Part shown: in pieces, positions 29,222-36,888 of the stretch | Position numbering within the stretch: the stretch's first letter is position 1 | How the letters are laid out: each line of letters starts with the position of its first letter | Assembly (NCBI GenBank): GCA_964521325.1 | Contig: CAZFRL010000001.1 | Span: 13,383 to 77,382 of the forward strand | Length of the DNA: 64,000 bases | Reading direction: 5' to 3' | Source: an uncultured Dehalococcoidales bacterium | Lineage (GTDB): Bacteria > Chloroflexota > Dehalococcoidia > Dehalococcoidales > CAZFRL01 | Made by a program: the position numbers and the translations under genes | The notes under the pieces: generated by a model | Told to the model about the DNA's origin: nothing | What the model saw: the letters and a program-made list of their open reading frames with translations, nothing else | Database searches by the model: none

Positions 29222-30781
29222 TCATCCCATGACCGCACTGATATATGATGCTTGGTTTATTAGGGCATCTGTAGCCGGATTTACTATCGTATTAACAATT
29301 AGGCCGGGAAACAAGCTAAAGAAGATAATGATTGCGGTCAGGATACCCATGGCGGTCAACATCGACTTAGGAACCTCTTTTACATCTTTATATCGGGGTA
29401 ACTGAGGTCCTGTAAATGCTGATTGGAAGACCTTAACAAAGGAGGCCAAGGTTATAATTGATACCATAATAGCTATTATGGATAGTATCGGACTGAATTG
29501 ATAAACAGATTCATATATCATAATTTTTGAGGCAAAACCATTGAAAGGAGGAATACCAGCGATGGATAAAGCTCCGATTATGAAAAATATCGAGGTATAT
29601 TTCATATTATGAGCTAAACCGCCCATTTTATTGAGGTCTCTTGTGCCGATACGATGGAATATAGCCCCGGCAGTTAAGAATAGAAGCGACTTATACAAAG
29701 CATGGTTTATTACATGGAAAATGCCTCCACTTATAGCCTGTCTTCCATAAGCAGCCAGGGCTTCCGGGTTACCCAAAACAGCAAGCCCAACACCTACCCC
29801 TAGCAGCATATATCCGGTCTGGGAGACAGCGTGATAAGCCATCATTCGTTTGATATCTGATTGATAGATAGCCATAGTAACTCCAACGAACATGCTTAAC
29901 AATCCCATGATTATTATTATCCATCCTGTTGTAGCCGTGTTCAAAGTAACCCCGTAGAGGGTAAAGCAGACTCGAAAGAGGGCATACATACATGTCTGGC
30001 TGGCTACTACCAACATAGCGGTTATGCTCGCCGGGGCAACAGTATAGGTGTCTGGAACCCACATATGTAAAGGTACACTTCCCATTTTCATAGCAAGTGC
30101 TGCTATCAATATGACTAAAGCTATCTTATCCAGCATTGTATATTGCAGTACCTGGGCGAGAGCTCCTATATTGAGCAAGTTATACTGAGCGTAAAATAAG
30201 CCAATGGCAAATAAAACCATCAAAGCCGAAACTGCCGATATGACAATATATTTGAATCCGCCTTCTGCAGTATCAGCAAACCTTATTCTGAAGGCAGCCA
30301 AAGCTGCTCCCGAGAAAGAAAGTATTTCCAGGAAGACGAATAGGTTGAACATGTCTCCAGTTAGTTCCAGTCCTTCCATGCCTGCCGTTAGCAGGAGTAG
30401 AAGGACAAAAAATCTGCCTCTACCTGTTTCTTCTTTCATAAAGGAAAGGGAATATATAGCGGCTATTAAAGCAACAGTATCCGATATGATAGCCATAAAT
30501 GCGGACATAGCATCTACTTCCAGAATTATGCGCACTGGCACCGTGTAGTGTTCTGGGATACCAAGGGTGGCAAAAGGTGCACCAAGTGTATAGATGTGTA
30601 TTCCGTTGAAGAAAACATCCAGGGCTAAAAAAATAACCAGCAATTCTACAAAGGCTAGAATTGCTATTACGAATACATTCCTGGCTTTTTCGTTGGCCCT
30701 GCTTATTAAAGGAACTAAAAATCCTGCTAACAGCGGGAGCGCTATTACCAGGATTGGGGAGTGCACTAGCAGAATGTCCAA
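29222..30781 (-). CDS. Orphan proton-conducting antiporter-like subunit (MrpD/NuoN/NuoM family)
   Basis: 519 aa, about 14 TM. Motifs such as WVPDTY, MAYHAVSQTGYM and HVINHALYKSLLF are typical of Proton_antipo_M. No other Mrp/Nuo/Hyf subunits are nearby. Confidence 0.8.
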   Translation of the reverse strand: MDILLVHSPILVIALPLLAGFLVPLISRANEKARNVFVIAILAFVELLVIFLALDVFFNGIHIYTLGAPFATLGIPEHYTVPVRIILEVDAMSAFMAIISDTVALIAAIYSLSFMKEETGRGRFFVLLLLLTAGMEGLELTGDMFNLFVFLEILSFSGAALAAFRIRFADTAEGGFKYIVISAVSALMVLFAIGLFYAQYNLLNIGALAQVLQYTMLDKIALVILIAALAMKMGSVPLHMWVPDTYTVAPASITAMLVVASQTCMYALFRVCFTLYGVTLNTATTGWIIIIMGLLSMFVGVTMAIYQSDIKRMMAYHAVSQTGYMLLGVGVGLAVLGNPEALAAYGRQAISGGIFHVINHALYKSLLFLTAGAIFHRIGTRDLNKMGGLAHNMKYTSIFFIIGALSIAGIPPFNGFASKIMIYESVYQFSPILSIIAIMVSIITLASFVKVFQSAFTGPQLPRYKDVKEVPKSMLTAMGILTAIIIFFSLFPGLIVNTIVNPATDALINQASYISAVMG

Positions 30782-30854
30782 TTCTTCATCCTCTCATCTA
30801 CACTTAAGCCTTCAACCCACTCGTTGTTCAATGAGAGCTCATTCTGCTCGCAAG

Positions 30855-31082
30855 TTAGTTATGGATTTCGTATCGGTTTACGAGCGGTCCAACAATGCCA
30901 ATAACCCCGATAACTGCAATTAGAGCGGTCAAGACGATGCTCCATGTCGGTGATGGATTAAAGATAGCCGCTCCAAGGAACCCTACCCATATCACTCCTA
31001 GCACGAGCATAGCTATCGTCCACACCTTCATTGTTTTCTCCGTCCATTCCGTTGCTTGCGTCCTGCGAGTTATCGCTACCAT
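30855..31082 (-). CDS. Small 2-TM membrane protein
   Basis: 75 aa with two hydrophobic helices. GGGAGG Shine-Dalgarno 7 nt before the ATG; directly downstream of repeat copy A. Confidence 0.4.
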   Translation of the reverse strand: MVAITRRTQATEWTEKTMKVWTIAMLVLGVIWVGFLGAAIFNPSPTWSIVLTALIAVIGVIGIVGPLVNRYEIHN

Positions 31083-31120
31083 TTTCTTGCCTCCCTTCTC
31101 GTGAATTTGAATAGTCCTTT

Positions 31121-31262
31121 ACCCACTCTCAGCTTACTATATTGCTTACCAAGTGCCATCCGATATACAGCTTACTTTTGGCTACCAGAGCAACCTAATT
31201 AGAAGCTCATTTTACTAGTTGTTTTCTCCTATACGATACGTTGAAACTAGGCATTTTTGCCT
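31121..31262 (-). repeat. ~140-bp intergenic element, copy A (inverted relative to B and C)
   Basis: The reverse complement aligns by eye with 41336-41475 along its whole length. Conserved blocks: GCCTAGTTTCAAC, CTAGTAAAA, GAGCTTCTAATTAGG, GATGGCACTTGGTAAGCAATATAGTAAGCTGAGAGTGGGT. Confidence 0.8.
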
Positions 31263-31516
31263 ATATGCCACCAGGGTAGGCCATGATTCATAATTGCAGA
31301 GGCAGAGATTTTTTAGAAGGGAACAACCGTTATCGCCGATGTTCCAATGCAATAATCGATGATAACAAAGAGAAACTTATTCTGCTCCAGCCCAAGCCCA
31401 AAAATCTTGCCCTATACAAGGCATTGACCCTATCCATAACTCCCCAGATACTTCCCGGCAGCAACTATGACCGTCTTACCCATCACCCCAAATAAAGGTA
31501 ATTCCCCTATAGCTTA

Positions 31517-31653
31517 AGCAAAATTGCTTAGTCCCAGCATGCTCAGCTGGCGAAAATGCTCAGAACAAGGGTTTTCTAATTAGGGCTTTCCAGCAGTCAA
31601 AAATAAGCGGTATATCAGATGGCGCTTGGTAAGCAATATAGTAAGCTGAGAGT
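31517..31653 (+). repeat. ~140-bp intergenic element, copy B (upstream of the Hdr-like operon)
   Basis: The last 80 nt (TTCTAATTAGGGCTTTCCAGCAGTCAAAAATAAGCGGTATATCAGATGGCGCTTGGTAAGCAATATAGTAAGCTGAGAGT) differ from copy C at about 10 positions. The 5' end AGCAAAATTGCTTAGT matches AGTAAAATTGCCTAGT. Confidence 0.8.
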
Positions 31654-31714
31654 TAATAGTTGGGCTGGTGGGGGGTTCCGACTAGCCAGACTCAGCAAAA
31701 AGGGGAGGAGAGAA

Positions 31715-32056
31715 ATGTCAGCGAAGGCCTATTTCCTAATCAGTGTGGTAAGGGAATTTTGCCAGTGCCAGTATGACTATCAAGAGGCAGTGAGAGAGCT
31801 GGAAGCTATACCCGAGGTAAAATCCATCGAGCCTATCTTTGGTGCGTGCGACCTTATAGTGAAAGTGGAGGCACCGATAAGGCTGATTTCCGTAGCTGAC
31901 AAGATATTACCCAAGAAATGGGTCAAACGGTTAGTTATCCTCAAGGTTGAGCCCTTCCGATTTAACGGAAACTCCACGGTTAGAGCTCGCGAGCTTCTGA
32001 AAGTTCGAAGTCCCCTGACAACGGAGAGTAAAGGCCTAACGGAGCAAGTAGTATAG
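31715..32056 (+). CDS. Stand-alone Lrp/AsnC-type ligand-binding (RAM) domain protein
   Basis: KAYFLISVV...LEAIPEVKSIEPIFGACDLIVKVEAP fits the AsnC_trans_reg pattern, and there is no HTH. Start moved to the ATG at 31715 (GGGGAGGAG SD 5 nt upstream), because the track start 31619 lies inside repeat B. Confidence 0.5.
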   Translation: MSAKAYFLISVVREFCQCQYDYQEAVRELEAIPEVKSIEPIFGACDLIVKVEAPIRLISVADKILPKKWVKRLVILKVEPFRFNGNSTVRARELLKVRSPLTTESKGLTEQVV

Positions 32057-32148
32057 ATGCTCGCTATTAGGCTTAGCATTGTTGTCGTTTTGTTCCTCAT
32101 GGGTTACATCACTAAACCTAATTAATAGGATAGAGAAAGGGTATCAAT

Positions 32149-33312
32149 ATGGTAGCAGTGAATCAGGTGATAGAAACGGTAGATGCTTTAACGGTAGATG
32201 CTCTACTGGAGGAAGGTGGTAAAGCCCTTGAATTATGCTACCAATGTGGCCTTTGTACTGGCGCTTGCCCCTGGAATTTAGTGAGGAGTTTCACCGTACG
32301 TAGGATGATCCATCAGGCGCAGTTGGGTTTAGTTGATTTCGAAGACGAAGACATGTGGCTCTGTGCTACTTGTGGGGCCTGTGTTGAGCAGTGTCCTCGC
32401 GGTGTAGAAGTAATAGATATTATAAGGGCTCTGCGGAGAACAATAGTGGAGTTAGGTGTGGGTAAGGTTCCCGAGTCACTTCGGCTCGCAGCAAAAAATA
32501 TTTCTGGCGTGGGTAATCCACTAGGAGAGCCACTGGAGAAACGGGCGGATTGGGCAGAAGGCATGGGCGTAAAGGCATTCACTGAGGGTACTGAGTTACT
32601 ATATTTCCCCTGCTGTCTCTCTTGTTATGATAATCATATGATAGGGATAGCCCAGGCAACAGCGGACATCCTCAAGAAAGTAAGGGTGGATTTTGGCACC
32701 CTAGGCACTAGAGAAACCTGCTGTGGAGAAGCAATTCGCAAAGCGGGAAACGAAAGCCTATTCCAAAGCCTAGCCCAAAAGAACATTGCTACATTTGCTG
32801 AAAATGGCGTTAGGAAAATCCTGGTCAGCTCACCTCATTGCTATCACACCTTTAAGAATGAGTACCCTGAGCTTGGAAGCAACTTTGAGGTGATTCATTC
32901 TACTCAGTATCTATTAGGGCTTATCAAAGACCAGAAGCTGAAGTTTACCAAAGAACTGCCCAAGAGAGTCGTCTACCATGACCCATGTTACCTTGGACGG
33001 CATAATGGCATATATGATGAGCCTCGAGAGATTTTAAGGAGCATCCCCGGCTTGGAGTTGGTTGAATTTCAAGATTATGGTGAAGATAGTATCTGCTGCG
33101 GCGGCGGGTCAGGAAGGCTTTGGATGGACACAAGGAAGGGAGAAAGGTTCTCTGATATTAGGCTGGAACAGGCTATTGATTTAGGGGCTGAAACACTAGC
33201 TGTTGCCTGTCCCTATTGCATGTGCATGTTTAAGGGCAGTCAGTTGACAATAGCTAAAGGTACGACTATCGAAGTCAAGGATGTCTCAGAATTAGTCCAG
33301 GAGGCAATGTAG
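32149..33312 (+). CDS. HdrD-type subunit 1 (HdrC-like 2x[4Fe-4S] fused to HdrB-like double CCG domain)
   Basis: CYQCGLCTGACPW and CATCGACVEQCPRG, then CCG motifs ETCCGEA and DPCYLGRH...SICCGGGSG. Confidence 0.8.
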   Translation: MVAVNQVIETVDALTVDALLEEGGKALELCYQCGLCTGACPWNLVRSFTVRRMIHQAQLGLVDFEDEDMWLCATCGACVEQCPRGVEVIDIIRALRRTIVELGVGKVPESLRLAAKNISGVGNPLGEPLEKRADWAEGMGVKAFTEGTELLYFPCCLSCYDNHMIGIAQATADILKKVRVDFGTLGTRETCCGEAIRKAGNESLFQSLAQKNIATFAENGVRKILVSSPHCYHTFKNEYPELGSNFEVIHSTQYLLGLIKDQKLKFTKELPKRVVYHDPCYLGRHNGIYDEPREILRSIPGLELVEFQDYGEDSICCGGGSGRLWMDTRKGERFSDIRLEQAIDLGAETLAVACPYCMCMFKGSQLTIAKGTTIEVKDVSELVQEAM

Positions 33313-33329
33313 CCAGCAGGGGCATAAAT

Positions 33330-35309
33330 ATGGATAGAAATGGGCACAGGAAAATCGGAGTATATGTTTGCCACTGTGGTTTAAATATTGCAGGCACAGT
33401 GGATGTAGAAAAGGTGGCTGAATATGCCGGAACTCTAGACGCGGTAGTAGTGTCCCGTCACTACAGGTATATGTGTTCTGAGCCGGGGCAAGCAATTATT
33501 AAAGATGATATCAAACAGTACGAACTCAATCGAGTTGTAGTTGCCTCATGCTCGCCGCGAATGCATGAGCTTACCTTTCGTGCCGCTTGCCAGGATGCCG
33601 GACTGAATCCCTACCTATATGAGCACGCAAATATCAGGGAGCAGTGCAGCTGGGTTCACAAAAATAGAGAGTTAGCTACAGAGAAAGCCAAAGCCTTGGT
33701 GCGTGCTGCAGTAAGGCGTGTGTTCTACCAAGAGCCTCTGGAGGTTAAGGAAGCACCCGTTAATCCGAATGTGTTAGTCGTAGGCGGAGGTATCGCTGGC
33801 ATCCAAGCTGCTTTGGATATCGCTAACGGTGAGCACAAGGTCTATATGGTGGAGAGGGAGCCCAGTATCGGGGGACACATGGCCCAGCTCGATAGGACTT
33901 TCCCTACCTTGGATTGCTCCGAATGCATTCTTACCCCCAAGATGACTGAAGTTGGGCACCATCCTTTTATCGAGCTTCTAGCCTATAGCGAGGTAGAGGC
34001 AGTCTCAGGCTCTATAGGCAATTTTAAGGTGAAGGTCAGGAAGAAGGCACGGTATGTGGATGAAAGTAAATGCATCGGCTGCGGTGTGTGTGAGGAGAAA
34101 TGTCCGTGGAAGGTGGATAGTGAGTTTGAGGTCGGCTTAGCCAAGAGGAAAGCGATTTACATCCCATTTGCCCAGGCTATCCCCAATGTTGCCACTATCG
34201 ATAGGGAGCATTGCGCTTATTTCAAAACAGGTAAATGCCGAGCTTGTGAGAAGTTCTGCGAGGCTAAAGCTATTGATTTTGAACAGACGGATGAGAGTAT
34301 TGAAATAGAAGTGGGCTCAATCATCGTAACCACTGGCTACGATATATTTGACCCCTCGGTTATATCTCAATATGGCTATGGTAGATATGAAAATGTTATC
34401 ACCAGTCTTGAATTTGAGAGGATAACCTGTGCCGGAGGGCCAACTGGAGGGAGAATTCTCTTAAAGGATGGTCGGGAACCAGAAAGTGTAGCCATTATCC
34501 ACTGCGTAGGTAGCCGTGACCAGAAGTATCATGAGTATTGCTCTCGGGTTTGTTGCATGTATGGGCTTAAATATGCCCATCTGATAAGAGAGTTTACAAA
34601 TGCCAAAGTGTATGAAATGTATATTGATATGCGTTGCTTTGGAGAGGGGTATGAAGAGTTCTATAAGCGTGTATCGGAAGAAGGCGTCAAGTTCATAAGA
34701 GGAAAGGTGGCTAGGGTTACCGACCGCACTATAAGTGAAGAGGAGAAGGGAAAGCTAATTGTCCTTGTTGAAGATACCTTACTGGGGAAGATGATACGGG
34801 TTCCGGTAGATATGGTTATCCTATGCATCGCCCTAGAAGCGCGCTCTGACACAGAGCAAGTTGCCAAAATTTTTAGTCTTAACCAAAGAGCAGATGGCTT
34901 CTTCATGGAGCGACATGTCAAGCTTGACCCGGTAGCTACAGCCTCCGACGGGGTTTTTATCGCTGGCTGTTGCGAAGGTCCAAAGGATATCCCTGATACT
35001 GTAGCTCAAGCCTCAGCAGCGGCAGCCAAAGCCTTGTCGCTGATAAGCAAAGGCAGGATTACGCTCGAGGCTGCCACAGCCCATGTAGATGAGATTCTAT
35101 GCCAGGGCTGTGGGCGGTGTGAAGAAACATGTGATTTTCACGCCCCTAAGGTCATTCATAGGGATGGGCGCTGGGTTTCCACGGTAAATGAAACCGTGTG
35201 TAAGGGCTGCGGCGCCTGTGCCGTTGTTTGCCCTACGGGAGCTATGTCCATCAGGAACTTTACCCGGAAGCAGATACTCAGCATGGTCGATGCCTTAGTT
35301 GAGGTGTAA
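33330..35309 (+). CDS. HdrA-like flavoprotein 1 (full-length type)
   Basis: N-terminal VYVCHCGLNIAG cluster, VVGGGIAGIQAALD FAD fold, inserted ferredoxin CIGCGVCEEKCP/CRACEKFC, CSRVCCMYGLK, and C-terminal CQGCGRCEETC/CKGCGACAVVCP. Confidence 0.85.
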   Translation: MDRNGHRKIGVYVCHCGLNIAGTVDVEKVAEYAGTLDAVVVSRHYRYMCSEPGQAIIKDDIKQYELNRVVVASCSPRMHELTFRAACQDAGLNPYLYEHANIREQCSWVHKNRELATEKAKALVRAAVRRVFYQEPLEVKEAPVNPNVLVVGGGIAGIQAALDIANGEHKVYMVEREPSIGGHMAQLDRTFPTLDCSECILTPKMTEVGHHPFIELLAYSEVEAVSGSIGNFKVKVRKKARYVDESKCIGCGVCEEKCPWKVDSEFEVGLAKRKAIYIPFAQAIPNVATIDREHCAYFKTGKCRACEKFCEAKAIDFEQTDESIEIEVGSIIVTTGYDIFDPSVISQYGYGRYENVITSLEFERITCAGGPTGGRILLKDGREPESVAIIHCVGSRDQKYHEYCSRVCCMYGLKYAHLIREFTNAKVYEMYIDMRCFGEGYEEFYKRVSEEGVKFIRGKVARVTDRTISEEEKGKLIVLVEDTLLGKMIRVPVDMVILCIALEARSDTEQVAKIFSLNQRADGFFMERHVKLDPVATASDGVFIAGCCEGPKDIPDTVAQASAAAAKALSLISKGRITLEAATAHVDEILCQGCGRCEETCDFHAPKVIHRDGRWVSTVNETVCKGCGACAVVCPTGAMSIRNFTRKQILSMVDALVEV

Positions 35310-35311
35310 CA

Positions 35312-35743
35312 ATGAATGAATTTGAACCTGTAATTATAGCCTTTTGCTGCAATTGGTGTACTTATGCAGCCGCCGATATAGCCGGAACAAGCCGTATCCA
35401 GTATCCGCACAATGTGAGTATCGTGAGGGTAATGTGTAGTGGGATGGTAGACCCCATATATGTTCTCAGGGCCTTTGAGGGGGGCGCTGACGGGGTCATC
35501 ATTGCCGGCTGTAGTTACGTAGACTGTCATTACATCAATGGGCCAGTAAAGTGCGATGCCATGTTTGAAAGACTGAAGGGGATAGTTCATACCCTTGGCT
35601 TAGAGGATGAGCGCTTGAGGCGCGAAATGATATCTACCTCGGAGTCGATAGTATTTGCCCACGTAGTTGAGGAGATGGTTGGCCAGCTTAAAAAAGTGGG
35701 TCCCTCACCTTTCAGAAAGGTCAGAGAGGACATCACAGTATGA
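35312..35743 (+). CDS. MvhD-like [2Fe-2S] electron-transfer subunit
   Basis: IIAFCCNWCTYAAADIAG...MCSGMVDP...IAGCSYVDCHY is typical of the methyl-viologen-reducing hydrogenase delta subunit family. Confidence 0.85.
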   Translation: MNEFEPVIIAFCCNWCTYAAADIAGTSRIQYPHNVSIVRVMCSGMVDPIYVLRAFEGGADGVIIAGCSYVDCHYINGPVKCDAMFERLKGIVHTLGLEDERLRREMISTSESIVFAHVVEEMVGQLKKVGPSPFRKVREDITV

Positions 35744-36888
35744 CCTTAGATGATATTATCAAGGAAACCAACACGTTCTATTGCCTAGAGTGCGGCAAAT
35801 GTTCCAGCATATGCCCTATATCCAGATATAACCCGGCTTACTCACCACGGGTGATGGTGGAACACGCACTTTTAGGACTGGAAGATGATTTGGTTTATAA
35901 CCGGGAGTTATTTTCTTGCTTGACCTGTTATGCTTGCCAACTCAAGTGTCCTTCCGATGTCAACTACCCGCTCTTCATCCAGAAAATGAGAGCCATAGCC
36001 TCAAATAATGGTGAACACGGGGAGTGCGCTCATTCCGGAACCTTGCAATCTCTGACACGACTCGTGACGAATCCGGCCGTCAAGCAGAGGAGACTGGAAT
36101 GGCTATCTGATGAATTTCGTACCTCTGACCGGAGTGATGTCCTTTTCTTTGTTGGTTGTGCCCCCTATTTTGAGCACATCTTTGACTTTGAGACAAAAAG
36201 CATTGACATTGTAAAAGCTAGCTTAAAAATACTCAATTACTTTGGTATCGAGCCTGTGCTGCTTCCAAACGAGAGATGCTGTGGGCACGACATGCTCTGG
36301 ACGGGAGATGTGGAGACCTTCAGGAGACTGGCTGAGCATAACGCAGCTCTGATAAGTGAGTCTGGAGTAAAAAAGATAATCTTCTCCTGTCCCGAGTGTT
36401 ACCAGACGTTCAAAGAGAATTACCCCAATTATGTGAAGATAGATTGCGAGTTACAGCATATCAGCGAATTCCTATCTGAGGCGATAGAAAAAGATGAATT
36501 GAGTTTTAAGGAGACTAAAAGAAAAGTAACCTACCACGACCCCTGTAGACTCGGTAGGCATATGGGAATATACGAACCGCCAAGGAAAGTGCTTGAGGCG
36601 ATTCCAGGCATAGAATTGGTTGAAATGAAACATAGTAAAGAGGAATCTCTTTGTTGCGGCACCAGCGCTTTTACTAACTGCGACTTATACTCAAAACAGA
36701 TAAGGGTTGAGCGGTTGCTTGAAGCGAAAGATACTGGTGCCGAGACTCTCATAACATCATGTCCGAAATGTCAGATTCACTTCAGATGTGCCATGGTAAA
36801 TAAAGGAGAGGAAAAGGGGCCGGACGTCGAGATTGAGGTTATGGATATGGTGAATTTAGTGGCAAATGCTTTGGAGGAGAAGAATTAA
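35740..36888 (+). CDS. HdrD-type subunit 2 (HdrC-like + HdrB-like CCG domains)
   Basis: CLECGKCSSICP and CLTCYACQLKCP, then ERCCGHD and DPCRLGRH...SLCCGTS. 4-nt overlap with the mvhD-like gene. Confidence 0.8.
   Translation: MTLDDIIKETNTFYCLECGKCSSICPISRYNPAYSPRVMVEHALLGLEDDLVYNRELFSCLTCYACQLKCPSDVNYPLFIQKMRAIASNNGEHGECAHSGTLQSLTRLVTNPAVKQRRLEWLSDEFRTSDRSDVLFFVGCAPYFEHIFDFETKSIDIVKASLKILNYFGIEPVLLPNERCCGHDMLWTGDVETFRRLAEHNAALISESGVKKIIFSCPECYQTFKENYPNYVKIDCELQHISEFLSEAIEKDELSFKETKRKVTYHDPCRLGRHMGIYEPPRKVLEAIPGIELVEMKHSKEESLCCGTSAFTNCDLYSKQIRVERLLEAKDTGAETLITSCPKCQIHFRCAMVNKGEEKGPDVEIEVMDMVNLVANALEEKN

Noticed and set aside
31283-31495. 70-aa ORF in the spacer between repeat copies A and B
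   Set aside because: No convincing SD or spacing, no recognisable motif, and basic low-complexity composition. Left uncalled, though the spacer itself is flagged.
31121-31653. MITE, IS-remnant or invertible-segment reading of the inverted A/B repeats
   Set aside because: The element has no terminal inverted repeats of its own, no target-site duplication that I could see, and no nearby invertase or transposase. The outward-facing genes fit a duplicated regulatory region better. Not fully excluded.
31619-31714. 32-codon upstream extension of the RAM-domain ORF (track start 31619)
   Set aside because: The extension is encoded by the conserved non-coding repeat copy B. An ATG at 31715 has a strong SD and starts the recognisable domain.
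35156-35590. Long antisense or overlapping ORFs embedded in well-supported genes (also 45201-45593, 55028-55444, 15338-15751, 41924-42283, 6478-6927 and similar)
   Set aside because: Each lies entirely within a gene that has clear family motifs on the other strand or frame, and none has a motif of its own. They are typical shadow ORFs.
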